From positions 1-27,847 of IMG/VR virus record IMGVR_UViG_3300005805_000368: DNA of 27,847 nucleotides, one strand, 5' to 3'. Under the pieces are notes generated by a model. It was not told the DNA's origin. It worked only from the letters and a program-made list of their open reading frames with translations, and did not search any database. This stretch comes from a virus. Taxonomy: Duplodnaviria; Caudoviricetes. A program made the translations under genes and the position numbers. Shown here in pieces: positions 1 to 8,726 of this stretch. Position 1 is the stretch's first letter. Every line of letters starts with the position of its first letter.

Positions 1-108
1 TTCTTCCCCTTCTTTCCGCCATTCTTCCCATCCTTCGGTGGTGACGCATGTGCTGGTTGTGGCGGCGGTGGTTTGTATGGTTGCTCTGGACCAATTTGCA
101 TGGGCTAA
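1..108 (+). CDS. 3' end of a Pro/Phe-repeat protein with 4-Cys tail (partial; paralog of 10288..10863)
   Basis: Not in the ORF track. Frame 1 reads FFPFFPPFFPSFGGDACAGCGGGGLYGCSGPICMG* with TAA at 106-108. Same PFFP repeats plus 4-Cys tail as 10288..10863, followed by the same two downstream gene types. Confidence 0.85.
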   Translation, partial: FFPFFPPFFPSFGGDACAGCGGGGLYGCSGPICMG

Positions 109-165
109 TCAGCGATGCTATGGTTTGACAGGCAAAAGTGACGAGCAACAAAAAGGACGATAAAC

Positions 166-519
166 ATGACAGATGAAGCAACAGAAACCGTTAGGTATAA
201 ATTTGCTTTTATTGTTGATGGTGACGTCGGAATGGTGACGCTTATCAATCAGCAGGAAGACCAGATGAAGTATGTGAACTGCCTAAGAAACAACCCCGAG
301 ATTGTGGAAGTAAAGCAAGACCATAAATTATTGCCCATCAGGTTTGATTTTGTAAATGATGGTGTCGTGAACCTATTCATGGAGTTTCCAAACGCTCCTT
401 CCCATGCGAGATTCATAGCGTGTCTCCGAAGCAATCCGACAATTATTGAGGTGGAACCTTCCAACCCTGTCAGGGCTGGGTGGACATATGACGGAACCAA
501 TTTCAATGCTCCAGAATGA
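166..519 (+). CDS. Hypothetical protein with internal duplication and C-terminal GWTYDGTNF motif (tail-fibre-assembly-like; paralog of 9854..10270)
   Basis: AAGGA RBS upstream; two related halves ending CLRNNPEIVEV and CLRSNPTIIEV; GWxYDGxxF motif; ATGA overlap with next gene. Confidence 0.75.
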   Translation: MTDEATETVRYKFAFIVDGDVGMVTLINQQEDQMKYVNCLRNNPEIVEVKQDHKLLPIRFDFVNDGVVNLFMEFPNAPSHARFIACLRSNPTIIEVEPSNPVRAGWTYDGTNFNAPE

Positions 520-743
520 GTGCTTGGAAACAATTCAAAGAGGCAATGGCATCTGAGGGAAAGCCCTGGGATTTACTTTACCCAACTAAATACGCCACCC
601 AAGAGGTTGCCTCGGCAAGATACGAAATTTGCTCGCAGTGTCCAGAGTTCATTGAACTCACAAAGCAATGCAAAAAATGTATGTGTTTTATGATTTTAAA
701 AACAAAAATAGAACATGTAAGGTGCCCACTTGATAAGTGGTAG
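516..743 (+). CDS. Small 6-Cys protein, DUF6171-like (paralog of 9633..9857)
   Basis: RYEICSQC-x9-CKKCMCFM..KTK...CPLDKW; ATGA-coupled to the upstream gene. Confidence 0.8.
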   Translation: MSAWKQFKEAMASEGKPWDLLYPTKYATQEVASARYEICSQCPEFIELTKQCKKCMCFMILKTKIEHVRCPLDKW

Positions 744-757
744 TCTCATAACAGTTT

Positions 758-1471
758 ATGAGCATCTACGACGAAAACGAGAATCCGTGGTTCACGAAAG
801 ATAGGTCGGAAACCGCGTCCAATAGGGTTCCAAGAGTTGTCACTGAAACAATTACAGCCGAAAATCCTGGACTGGGATTAAATATATACCAAAACACGTT
901 TTCCCTTGAAGATGCAAATAGGTATATCAATATCCTTGAGTCGAATTTGACTGGCAATAAAACATACAAATGGAATGATGCATGCGTGACGAACTCTCTC
1001 ACTCCGATAAAAAAGGCGAGGGATTGTTCTGATTTTAAATACAAGCCTCAAAACTTAGGACCGAGGAACGAGCACAACTCTCAACTTATTGACCTTCATC
1101 ACGAAATATACGAGAAACTCAAGTTTTGTATAGATGATTATGCTAAATACTGGGGGATTAATGTTGTTTATTACGAAGCGTTTAATTTTGTTAAATACGA
1201 AGGAGAAGGCAAGCACTTCAACATACACGCAGACCACGGACCCGCATACAACTGCACGGTTTCTGCCGTCATCTACATCAACGACGACTACGAAGGTGGA
1301 GAAATAGAATTCCCGAGACTTAACGGATACATTCACAAGCCCAAAGTCGGCGATATTGCAATTTTTCCTTCAAATTACATTTACGAGCACGCATCGCTCC
1401 CAATGAAGTCGGGAACAAAGTATTGTGTGGTTGTCATGACCGACATAAATGAACTGGGGCATAAACAATGA
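758..1471 (+). CDS. 2OG-Fe(II) oxygenase, prolyl-4-hydroxylase-like (#1)
   Basis: HAD, YINDDYEGGEIEF, FPSNYIYEH, SGTKY: HxD...H triad with Lys at H+10. Confidence 0.9.
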   Translation: MSIYDENENPWFTKDRSETASNRVPRVVTETITAENPGLGLNIYQNTFSLEDANRYINILESNLTGNKTYKWNDACVTNSLTPIKKARDCSDFKYKPQNLGPRNEHNSQLIDLHHEIYEKLKFCIDDYAKYWGINVVYYEAFNFVKYEGEGKHFNIHADHGPAYNCTVSAVIYINDDYEGGEIEFPRLNGYIHKPKVGDIAIFPSNYIYEHASLPMKSGTKYCVVVMTDINELGHKQ

Positions 1472-2244
1472 GCGACAAATATAACCTCGCAATATTTAGA
1501 CCGTTTAGACCGTGGCTACATAAAGACAGCAGATCTGCCCCAGCAACAGCGCAAAGCGCAACTCCTAAATGGTACAAAGATGCAGACATTTTTGCAAAAG
1601 ACCTAAATGGTGAATACTACAAAGCGCCGAAAGAAATGTGTCCATTCCCTAAAGAGGGAACCGTAGACGACTATGGGAAAATCCCGACATGGAAAGCCTG
1701 TCCTGCAATTTTGGATGCATTTTCGACTGGGTATGTACTTAGAACTCCGTGCGAATTGACATTCTTCAAAAATGCAGAGGGAATAATTGATGTCAAAGTC
1801 GAGAGTGAACAATTCAAAGATTTCTGTACGTCAAGACCACCGATGCCACAATTTGAACATCCACGTGGTTACTACGAACATCACTTTGCATGGTTCTGTG
1901 ACTGGGGCTTGGAATTACCAGAAGGCTACAGTGCCTTATTTATGACACCAATGAATAGGTTTGATCTTCCGTTCTTGAACACCACGGGGATTGTAGATTC
2001 GGACAAAGTTCATCTGCTTGGAAGTTTCCCATTTTTTATCGCCGAAGGCTGGGAGGGAGCGATACCTGCGGGTACCCCGTATCTTCAAATTCTCCCTTTC
2101 AAGAGAGAGGATTGGGAACACAAAGTGGAGATGTTGGAACCATCCGAAATGCAGTCCAGATACATGAACAACGCCAACTTTTACCGACAACCAGACGGCG
2201 GCGTGTATAAAAGTAAAGTTTGGTCAAGAAGAAAGTATAAATAG
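1468..2244 (+). CDS. Conserved phage hypothetical protein, distantly DUF6065-like
   Basis: TWKACPAILDAFSTGY, PEGYSALF..P.N, GIVDSD and GTPYLQILPFKRE resemble the layout of 2916..3626; ATGA-coupled. Confidence 0.6.
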   Translation: MSDKYNLAIFRPFRPWLHKDSRSAPATAQSATPKWYKDADIFAKDLNGEYYKAPKEMCPFPKEGTVDDYGKIPTWKACPAILDAFSTGYVLRTPCELTFFKNAEGIIDVKVESEQFKDFCTSRPPMPQFEHPRGYYEHHFAWFCDWGLELPEGYSALFMTPMNRFDLPFLNTTGIVDSDKVHLLGSFPFFIAEGWEGAIPAGTPYLQILPFKREDWEHKVEMLEPSEMQSRYMNNANFYRQPDGGVYKSKVWSRRKYK

Positions 2245-2253
2245 GGGCATCAG

Positions 2254-2919
2254 ATGCAAACATGGACGGAAAAAATTGATTTGGGTAACGGTATCAAGTG
2301 CTACAGGAACATAATCAAGCCTGAATTTGATGTCATCGGCAGACTTGAATCAAACCTTAAGCCGATTGGTGACAATACGGGGTACAGTTGGCAGCCAGCG
2401 TATGTTGGATATCAACAATTGATGCCCGAGTACAGGGATTGCGCCGACTTCAAGTTCAAAAAGTCTGATATTGAAAATGACAAAAGCCAAGTTAGTTTAA
2501 ATCTTCAGTCGCTATGGCAAGACATATATGATTCCGCTTTTCCTGCCGTCGAAAACTACAGGGCTGAACACAACATAATGCCTTTGAAATACTGGGAGGC
2601 AATGAACTTTATTAAGTACAACCCAGGTCAACACTTCATGGAACACTCTGACCATGGATTTTCCTATAACTGCACCGTTTCTTTGGTGGGGTATGTTAAC
2701 GATGATTATGAAGGCGGGGAGTTGTTTTTTAGATTACAGAATCTAAAAATAAAAGCACTTGCTGGAGACCTCTATGTCTTTCCCTCAAATTTTATGTACC
2801 CACATCAAGCCATGCCAGTAATCTCTGGCACAAAATATTCAATCGTTACCATGCTCGATTACAGCAAAAAATATCACACACCAGACATGTATGACCCGAA
2901 ATGGAACGATGAACAATGA
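2254..2919 (+). CDS. 2OG-Fe(II) oxygenase, prolyl-4-hydroxylase-like (#2; closest paralog of #1)
   Basis: HSDHG..YNCTVS, YVNDDYEGGELFF, FPSNFMYPH, SGTKY. Shares RDCxDFK and EAxNFxKY with 758..1471. Confidence 0.9.
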   Translation: MQTWTEKIDLGNGIKCYRNIIKPEFDVIGRLESNLKPIGDNTGYSWQPAYVGYQQLMPEYRDCADFKFKKSDIENDKSQVSLNLQSLWQDIYDSAFPAVENYRAEHNIMPLKYWEAMNFIKYNPGQHFMEHSDHGFSYNCTVSLVGYVNDDYEGGELFFRLQNLKIKALAGDLYVFPSNFMYPHQAMPVISGTKYSIVTMLDYSKKYHTPDMYDPKWNDEQ

Positions 2920-3626
2920 TTGAAATATCTGTAGAAAAAACAAATGATTCAATTTTTGAAATTTCACAGATGTCCGTAAAAAGGAACTGGATGGACGAAA
3001 CATCCGAAAGGCACGCATACAGGTGCTTTCCAGTTACGCAGGCAAATGTTGTCGGGTGGAGCCTTTCCTGCACGAAAGACATAATTTTTACATGGGACGG
3101 CATTAATGACCAGACACCAGATCATCTGATAATTACTAGCCCTACGGGGGCGTATGCAGGCAGGGGTCAGTCATCCGTAAGTTTTAGCACTGGATTAATC
3201 TTCAGAACCACCAATAACGTGAGTATTTTGACAATTAATCCAGTCAACTACTTCAACGATGATTTTGAAACAATGTCAAATTTGATTAGTACTTCATTTT
3301 ATGACAGTCCACTTCCGCTGGCAATAAAAGCAAAAAAAGCCAACGTGGAGACACGAATAGTCGCTGGAACACCTATTGCCACGATAATCCCCATTTCCCT
3401 GACCGAACTGAATCATTCGTCAATCAGTATTACTGAATACTCAGACCCAGAAAATCTGCGACGAAAAGCAAGTACCGAATACGGAGAAGCCGCTCAAAAG
3501 TTGAATATTTCGGGGAAATTTACCGACTGGTATAGGGACGCTGTAAACGAGAAAAATGAGCCCTTGGGGGAGCATGAGGTAAAAGTGTTAAGATTGTATG
3601 TCCACAACACAACAAAACCAAAGTAA
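2916..3626 (+). CDS. DUF6065-family protein
   Basis: RNWMDET..HAYRCFPVTQANVVGWSL is the N-terminal motif I recognise for DUF6065; GTPIATIIPI; ATGA-coupled. Confidence 0.7.
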   Translation: MIEISVEKTNDSIFEISQMSVKRNWMDETSERHAYRCFPVTQANVVGWSLSCTKDIIFTWDGINDQTPDHLIITSPTGAYAGRGQSSVSFSTGLIFRTTNNVSILTINPVNYFNDDFETMSNLISTSFYDSPLPLAIKAKKANVETRIVAGTPIATIIPISLTELNHSSISITEYSDPENLRRKASTEYGEAAQKLNISGKFTDWYRDAVNEKNEPLGEHEVKVLRLYVHNTTKPK

Positions 3627-3662
3627 ATATGGGTTTTAAGAGTATGCAGGGAGAATAATTTC

Positions 3663-4460
3663 ATGGGAATCAAGCCGTTATATGACATTGGTTTACACTC
3701 AGCCGACGGGCAACCTAATTTTTTGCATCAGTTCAAAAATAAAGTGACGCTAGTTGTGAATACTACAGTCGGGTGTGGTAACGCCAATCAGTTGGAGATT
3801 CTCCAAATACTTCAAGACACATACGGCGGAGATGATTTTCAGGTAGTTGCCATTCCAACCAATGACTACTGTGGTGTCGGCATTACCAAGGGCAAATGGT
3901 CGCAAGGCATTACTTGTGGAGCGGACTCAAAAGCATACGGCGAAGATGTCTATGGAACCACTTTTCAATACTCTGAAATGGTTACGTCAAATCCAAACGA
4001 GGGCGCCAATGACCTGAGCGAGCATAAAGGTGATAGTTCTGTAAATGGGTTGGGTCAACCGAGACAGGAAACTCATGAACTGTATCGTGAAATTGAAAAT
4101 CAAATATATGCCTATTTTGCAAAACAAAAAGAACTAGGCATTCCAGATAGAAACGGCTATTTGTCACCTTGGCTAAATCAACCTATTTTTAACGGTTCCG
4201 AGCAGGGCGGGAACTTTGAAAAGTATCTCGTTGATAGAGATGGGTATGTAGCAAATTGGTTCCCGTGCACGACATTAAATTACGATATTGAAAGAACCCT
4301 GAAAGAAGCCCTCATAGAAGAAGGAATTACTTTCGGCATGGGTGAAGGCAGAACCCCAGAAGTATTTGAAGAGGAATTTGCTGTGGTTCGCCAAAATATT
4401 GAAGAGATGATGATGGGGGGTATGTCAATTATAAACCCAAAGAATAACCAAATTCCATGA
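3663..4460 (+). CDS. Divergent glutathione-peroxidase-like (thioredoxin-fold) protein
   Basis: KVTLVVNTTVGCG (Cys38, TGT codon), FQVVAIPTNDY (cf. FPCNQF), GNFEKYLVDRDG (cf. WNFEKFLV); GGAG RBS. Confidence 0.75.
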   Translation: MGIKPLYDIGLHSADGQPNFLHQFKNKVTLVVNTTVGCGNANQLEILQILQDTYGGDDFQVVAIPTNDYCGVGITKGKWSQGITCGADSKAYGEDVYGTTFQYSEMVTSNPNEGANDLSEHKGDSSVNGLGQPRQETHELYREIENQIYAYFAKQKELGIPDRNGYLSPWLNQPIFNGSEQGGNFEKYLVDRDGYVANWFPCTTLNYDIERTLKEALIEEGITFGMGEGRTPEVFEEEFAVVRQNIEEMMMGGMSIINPKNNQIP

Positions 4461-5134
4461 TGGTTCCAGAACAAGCATCGGTGGTTTTTAGAAAGCCGTC
4501 GATAACTCCTTCTGGTTTTTTTGGTGATGGGGCAGAAAATATTGTTGAATTAGAAAACTTCATGACGCAAGAAGAGATGGAGTTTTTGGAAAAAGCCGCA
4601 AAATCTTTGACAATATGGGACGTAACGCAAAGCCATGTGAATGAAAACGGCACAGTCGTATACGATTCTGACTACTGGAAAGACAGGGTCGCAACACAGC
4701 CAACTTTGGATAAAAACGATCCGACAATATCTCCAGTGATTAGTGGTTTATTTCAAAGACTAAAACCAATTGTTGAGGAATTTTATAAAGTTAAAGTAAT
4801 TCCAACTGGCACAACTATTGTTAGATGGCTTCCTGGACAATTTCAAAAACCTCACGCCGATAAAGAACTACACGAAGGTCCAGATGCAGGACTTCCAAAT
4901 GATTTTCCAAATTATGACCTGTCAAGTCTTTTCTATCTAAACGAAGATTATGAAGGGGGGGAACTATATTTTCCAAATCAAGGAGTCAAGTTCAAACCCA
5001 AAAAAGGCGCTGCGTATTTCTTCCCTGGGGATATGAGATATATACATGGCGTAACAGAGGTGATTAGTGGCATCAGATTTACTTGCCCATTTTTTTGGGA
5101 GATAGTAGAGCACACAGGGGAAAGAAAACCGTGA
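4457..5134 (+). CDS. 2OG-Fe(II) oxygenase, prolyl-4-hydroxylase-like (#3)
   Basis: PHAD, FYLNEDYEGGELYF, FFPGD..YIHGVTEVISGIRFT (Arg at H+10). Confidence 0.9.
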   Translation: MMVPEQASVVFRKPSITPSGFFGDGAENIVELENFMTQEEMEFLEKAAKSLTIWDVTQSHVNENGTVVYDSDYWKDRVATQPTLDKNDPTISPVISGLFQRLKPIVEEFYKVKVIPTGTTIVRWLPGQFQKPHADKELHEGPDAGLPNDFPNYDLSSLFYLNEDYEGGELYFPNQGVKFKPKKGAAYFFPGDMRYIHGVTEVISGIRFTCPFFWEIVEHTGERKP

Positions 5135-5166
5135 CGGGGGGATAGTCCCAAGTTTAGGAAACTCAA

Positions 5167-5826
5167 ATGTGGAATAAAAATATATATCAAACATATGAGT
5201 GCGATTTTGACGAACTACATGAGTCTTTCAAAAAATGTTGTGACCTATGGAAAAGCACATATTCGGATTGGGATTATCATTTTAGAAATTCTGAAGAAAG
5301 ACGAGAAGATGTAATAGACATTTTGTGCCTTTCTCCAGATGAGACCAAAATATATGACGGCTATACGGGGGTAATTCAAGCGGACATTTGGAGATATGCG
5401 GTGACTTCTGCCAATGGGGGCATGTATGCGGATTTGGATTCCATTCCAGTATCAAACATAGAGCCCATTCTTTGCGAACTGGATATAAATATAGAATTGG
5501 TCGCATTGCCAGACGGATATCAGATTGGAGGACATCCTGGCTCAAATAACTGTAACTTCATTTTGAAAGCAGAAAGCGAAATAGCCATGAGTCTGCTGTC
5601 TGATATGAAAAAATATTTTTGTATAAATGCTGAACGACTTAACAGTAATTTAGAAATTAGAAAATTAAAAACTGCTGAATTATTTGCGGATACAACCGTA
5701 TATTACAGATCAAAAGTGGCGCAAATATTAGATTCAAAATATGTGCTTCACGGTGAAGGATTTAAACCGCCACAGGAATATAGGACCAGATATGAAAAAA
5801 CAGTACTTGATAACATGTTTAAATAA
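5167..5826 (+). CDS. Glycosyltransferase, GT32/OCH1-like with DxD motif
   Basis: KNIYQTY, QADIWRY, GGMYADLDS signature; AGGA RBS. Confidence 0.8.
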   Translation: MWNKNIYQTYECDFDELHESFKKCCDLWKSTYSDWDYHFRNSEERREDVIDILCLSPDETKIYDGYTGVIQADIWRYAVTSANGGMYADLDSIPVSNIEPILCELDINIELVALPDGYQIGGHPGSNNCNFILKAESEIAMSLLSDMKKYFCINAERLNSNLEIRKLKTAELFADTTVYYRSKVAQILDSKYVLHGEGFKPPQEYRTRYEKTVLDNMFK

Positions 5827-5895
5827 CAGGTTTATAGCAATATTTGCTATCATTCACACGTATTTAATAAAGTATGATTTGTCAGGAAGCACCAA

Positions 5896-6651
5896 ATGAA
5901 CCTCAACAACCAAAAACGACTAACCAAAGACATCGTTGTTTACGAGAACTTCATTGATGATGAAACTGCCTCAAAATTAATAAGAGTTCTAGACAGGCAT
6001 GCCGAATTGGGAAAACTCGAGTGGACCCCAATATCTTTTTATGAGTCCTATTCGTCTACGCTTCCACAAGATGATGACGAAATTGTCATAGATGAAGGTC
6101 TTCCACCAACGATATTTTCCGAAATCAAGACGGGCATCATTAATGCGGTCGCATCAGTCCACAATCTTGATGTATCAACAATAAACCAAATTGGTTACCA
6201 CACACAAAAATGGGAACCAGGCGCATACGCCAGAATTCATTCGGACAACACAGACGAAAAAGGAAACTCAGGCGCGTTCACCAGAAGTCGGTATGCCGCG
6301 TTTCTGTATCTTAACGACGACTTCAAGGGTGGGCTTTTACGATTTCCGAGTCAGCAAATAAGTATTGAGCCAAGGACTGGCATGCTCGCCGCTTTTGACG
6401 GTGGTTTTAACAACATGCATGAAGTGACGCTCATTTCCGACGGCGTCAGATACACATTGGGTTCGTTTTGGGACGACCGAGACGAAAGCGCCTACCCGCA
6501 GGAATTGCGTGACGCTTGGGCTAAAGAAATGGAGCAGACGAGGGAGTTTCAAGCAAAAGAAAAAGCCGAATGGCAAGAACTTTTGAAACAGGGATACAAA
6601 TTAGACCAAGACGGCAATAAGTACAAAGTCAAGGACGGCGCAAATGATTAA
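5896..6651 (+). CDS. 2OG-Fe(II) oxygenase, prolyl-4-hydroxylase-like (#4)
   Basis: IHSD, FLYLNDDFKGGLLRF, NMHEVTLISDGVRYT. Confidence 0.9.
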   Translation: MNLNNQKRLTKDIVVYENFIDDETASKLIRVLDRHAELGKLEWTPISFYESYSSTLPQDDDEIVIDEGLPPTIFSEIKTGIINAVASVHNLDVSTINQIGYHTQKWEPGAYARIHSDNTDEKGNSGAFTRSRYAAFLYLNDDFKGGLLRFPSQQISIEPRTGMLAAFDGGFNNMHEVTLISDGVRYTLGSFWDDRDESAYPQELRDAWAKEMEQTREFQAKEKAEWQELLKQGYKLDQDGNKYKVKDGAND

Positions 6652-7303
6652 CGATTTTTTAATTCAACTTAAGACAAATGGGTTGGAATTTGAGCAAGTT
6701 ACCGACGAACTAATATGGGTCAAAAACTTCATAACACAAGATGAGTTGGATGAAGTAAAACAATTCATAGGGCAGACTACGCAAAAAGATTGGGAAACCC
6801 ACTATATGTCCAGTGTTGTTTCTTTTTGTATGCTCAAGTTTGGGCGAAGCGATATTGACAATTTGGTCGCAGAAGGCAAATTTGAGATTACTCAAGGCTG
6901 GGCAGATAAAACGATAAGCATTCAACAAACGAAAGTTCATCGAACGGTTTATGATCGTCTTTCTTCCATGCTCTTCAAATGTGACAAATCACTGGAGTTA
7001 ACTGGCTTATCCACCGTGCAGCGATTACCATCGGGAACAGAATTGAAATCCCATGTTGACCAAGACACAGACCCTTCAATTAGGTATGCATCAGTAATAT
7101 ACCTAAACGACGATTATGCTTCTGGGGAAATATTCTTTAAAAATCTTGATGTTTCCCTGAGACCAAAACCAAGAGACCTTTTATTTTTTCCTGGCAACAG
7201 CAAGTACGAGCATGGGGTGAAGCCAGTTTCCGATGGTCCAACCAGATATGTCATAGTTGGTTTTGTAAAAGAAATAGGTTTTTATGATAGAAACAGATAT
7301 TAG
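6644..7303 (+). CDS. 2OG-Fe(II) oxygenase, prolyl-4-hydroxylase-like (#5)
   Basis: SHVD, IYLNDDYASGEIFF, FFPG..YEHGVKPVSDGPTRY. Confidence 0.9.
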   Translation: MINDFLIQLKTNGLEFEQVTDELIWVKNFITQDELDEVKQFIGQTTQKDWETHYMSSVVSFCMLKFGRSDIDNLVAEGKFEITQGWADKTISIQQTKVHRTVYDRLSSMLFKCDKSLELTGLSTVQRLPSGTELKSHVDQDTDPSIRYASVIYLNDDYASGEIFFKNLDVSLRPKPRDLLFFPGNSKYEHGVKPVSDGPTRYVIVGFVKEIGFYDRNRY

Positions 7304-7314
7304 GGAGAACTAAA

Positions 7315-8040
7315 GTGGAAAAAACAATTTTAGGAGAAAAAACTTACTACTACACCAACGCCATAGACAACTTTGACTTCTTTATGAAAACCCTCAAGGA
7401 ACTTGATTTAGATGAATACGTCGGGGAAGGCGGTGTCAATTTGTGGGAAACATGGACGTCATCCAACGACAATAATTTCATATATGGACAGACCAAGGTT
7501 TTTTCTATTGAGGCTATTGAAAATGCAAAAACTGAAACAAAAACTAAAAGCAAGTATATCTATGATGCTGTCATGAATACATTTTACAATGTTTGCAAAG
7601 ATTACGCATCATCAATTGGTGACCACGACGAGCCAAACCTTTTTCCAACATTTAACATCAAAAAGTACAATTCTGGATTGTCGATGGGGTCACACTTTGA
7701 CCAATTAGACGGTGACAATACGCTTAGGTATTCATTGGTCATGTATCTAAATGACGACTATGAGGGAGGGGAAATATCTTTTCAACTAAAAGATTACGAA
7801 GGTGGATGGACATCAAAAGACGGATGGACTCACGGAGCACCAGCAGTAAATTTGGATTACGAAACCGCTATAAAAGACAAATCCATAGATTTTGGGGTGA
7901 AACCAAAAGCCAATAGCGTCGTCATTTTTCCTTCTTCGGCTCCATATTTTCACACAGCGCACACCATAAAATCTGGATTTAAATATATGGTTCCAGGACA
8001 CTGGATTCATAATGACATGGATTTCAACAGGAATTCTTAA
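7315..8040 (+). CDS. 2OG-Fe(II) oxygenase, prolyl-4-hydroxylase-like (#6)
   Basis: GTG start after GGAG; SHFD, MYLNDDYEGGEISF, FPSSAPYFHTAHTIKSGFKY; ~35-aa insertion after GGEISF relative to its paralogs. Confidence 0.9.
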   Translation: MEKTILGEKTYYYTNAIDNFDFFMKTLKELDLDEYVGEGGVNLWETWTSSNDNNFIYGQTKVFSIEAIENAKTETKTKSKYIYDAVMNTFYNVCKDYASSIGDHDEPNLFPTFNIKKYNSGLSMGSHFDQLDGDNTLRYSLVMYLNDDYEGGEISFQLKDYEGGWTSKDGWTHGAPAVNLDYETAIKDKSIDFGVKPKANSVVIFPSSAPYFHTAHTIKSGFKYMVPGHWIHNDMDFNRNS

Positions 8041-8706
8041 ATGAAAACAGCAATAGTGACTGGGGCGAGCAAAGGCGTCGGACATCAAACGTGCAAAACC
8101 CTGTCGCAAAACGGATACCGAGTGATAGCAGTTTCACGAAATTTAGAAAGAATGAAATCGCTGCTGTCTGAAAACGTAGAAATTTACAAGATGGACATAA
8201 CAAATTTTGCGGAGATAAAAACATTTTTTGAACAATATAAAGACATCAGTTTGGATTTATTGGTAAACAATGCAGGAGGGGGGAGTAGCCCGACCCAAAT
8301 AATTGACGAATCTCCAGAAAATTTTAATTATGCATACAGTTTGAATGTCAGCGGACCGATGTATTTGTCAAAACTCTTTACGGTCAATCTTTCGAAATCG
8401 GAAAATCCCACCATTATTTTCGTCTCCTCAATTGGCGGAAAAGTTGCTTACGCTGGAGGGGGCAATTACACCAATGCGAAACGGGCTATTGGTGGCTTGG
8501 TTGACTCAATGCGTTTGGAATACCCTGCCTACGGAATCAAGATAACTGAAATATGCCCTGGCACAATTGACACCGTAGATGGTGAGCGGAGAGATATTGC
8601 GCTGACAGCAGAAGACATGGCTTGTGCCATAGCCTGGGTTGCGGAATTACCAAAACATGTGAACATCAATTATTTGGAAATGAATCACGTATTGAGCCGT
8701 AGGTAA
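8041..8706 (+). CDS. Short-chain dehydrogenase/reductase (classical SDR)
   Basis: VTGASKGVG, LVNNAG, SSIGG, YTNAK (YxxxK), ICPG. Confidence 0.92.
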   Translation: MKTAIVTGASKGVGHQTCKTLSQNGYRVIAVSRNLERMKSLLSENVEIYKMDITNFAEIKTFFEQYKDISLDLLVNNAGGGSSPTQIIDESPENFNYAYSLNVSGPMYLSKLFTVNLSKSENPTIIFVSSIGGKVAYAGGGNYTNAKRAIGGLVDSMRLEYPAYGIKITEICPGTIDTVDGERRDIALTAEDMACAIAWVAELPKHVNINYLEMNHVLSRR

Positions 8707-8726
8707 TCCAAGTAAAAACTATTTTA

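Noticed and set aside
3774-3776. Selenocysteine in the GPx-like gene
   Set aside because: The codon is TGT (Cys); there is no in-frame TGA.
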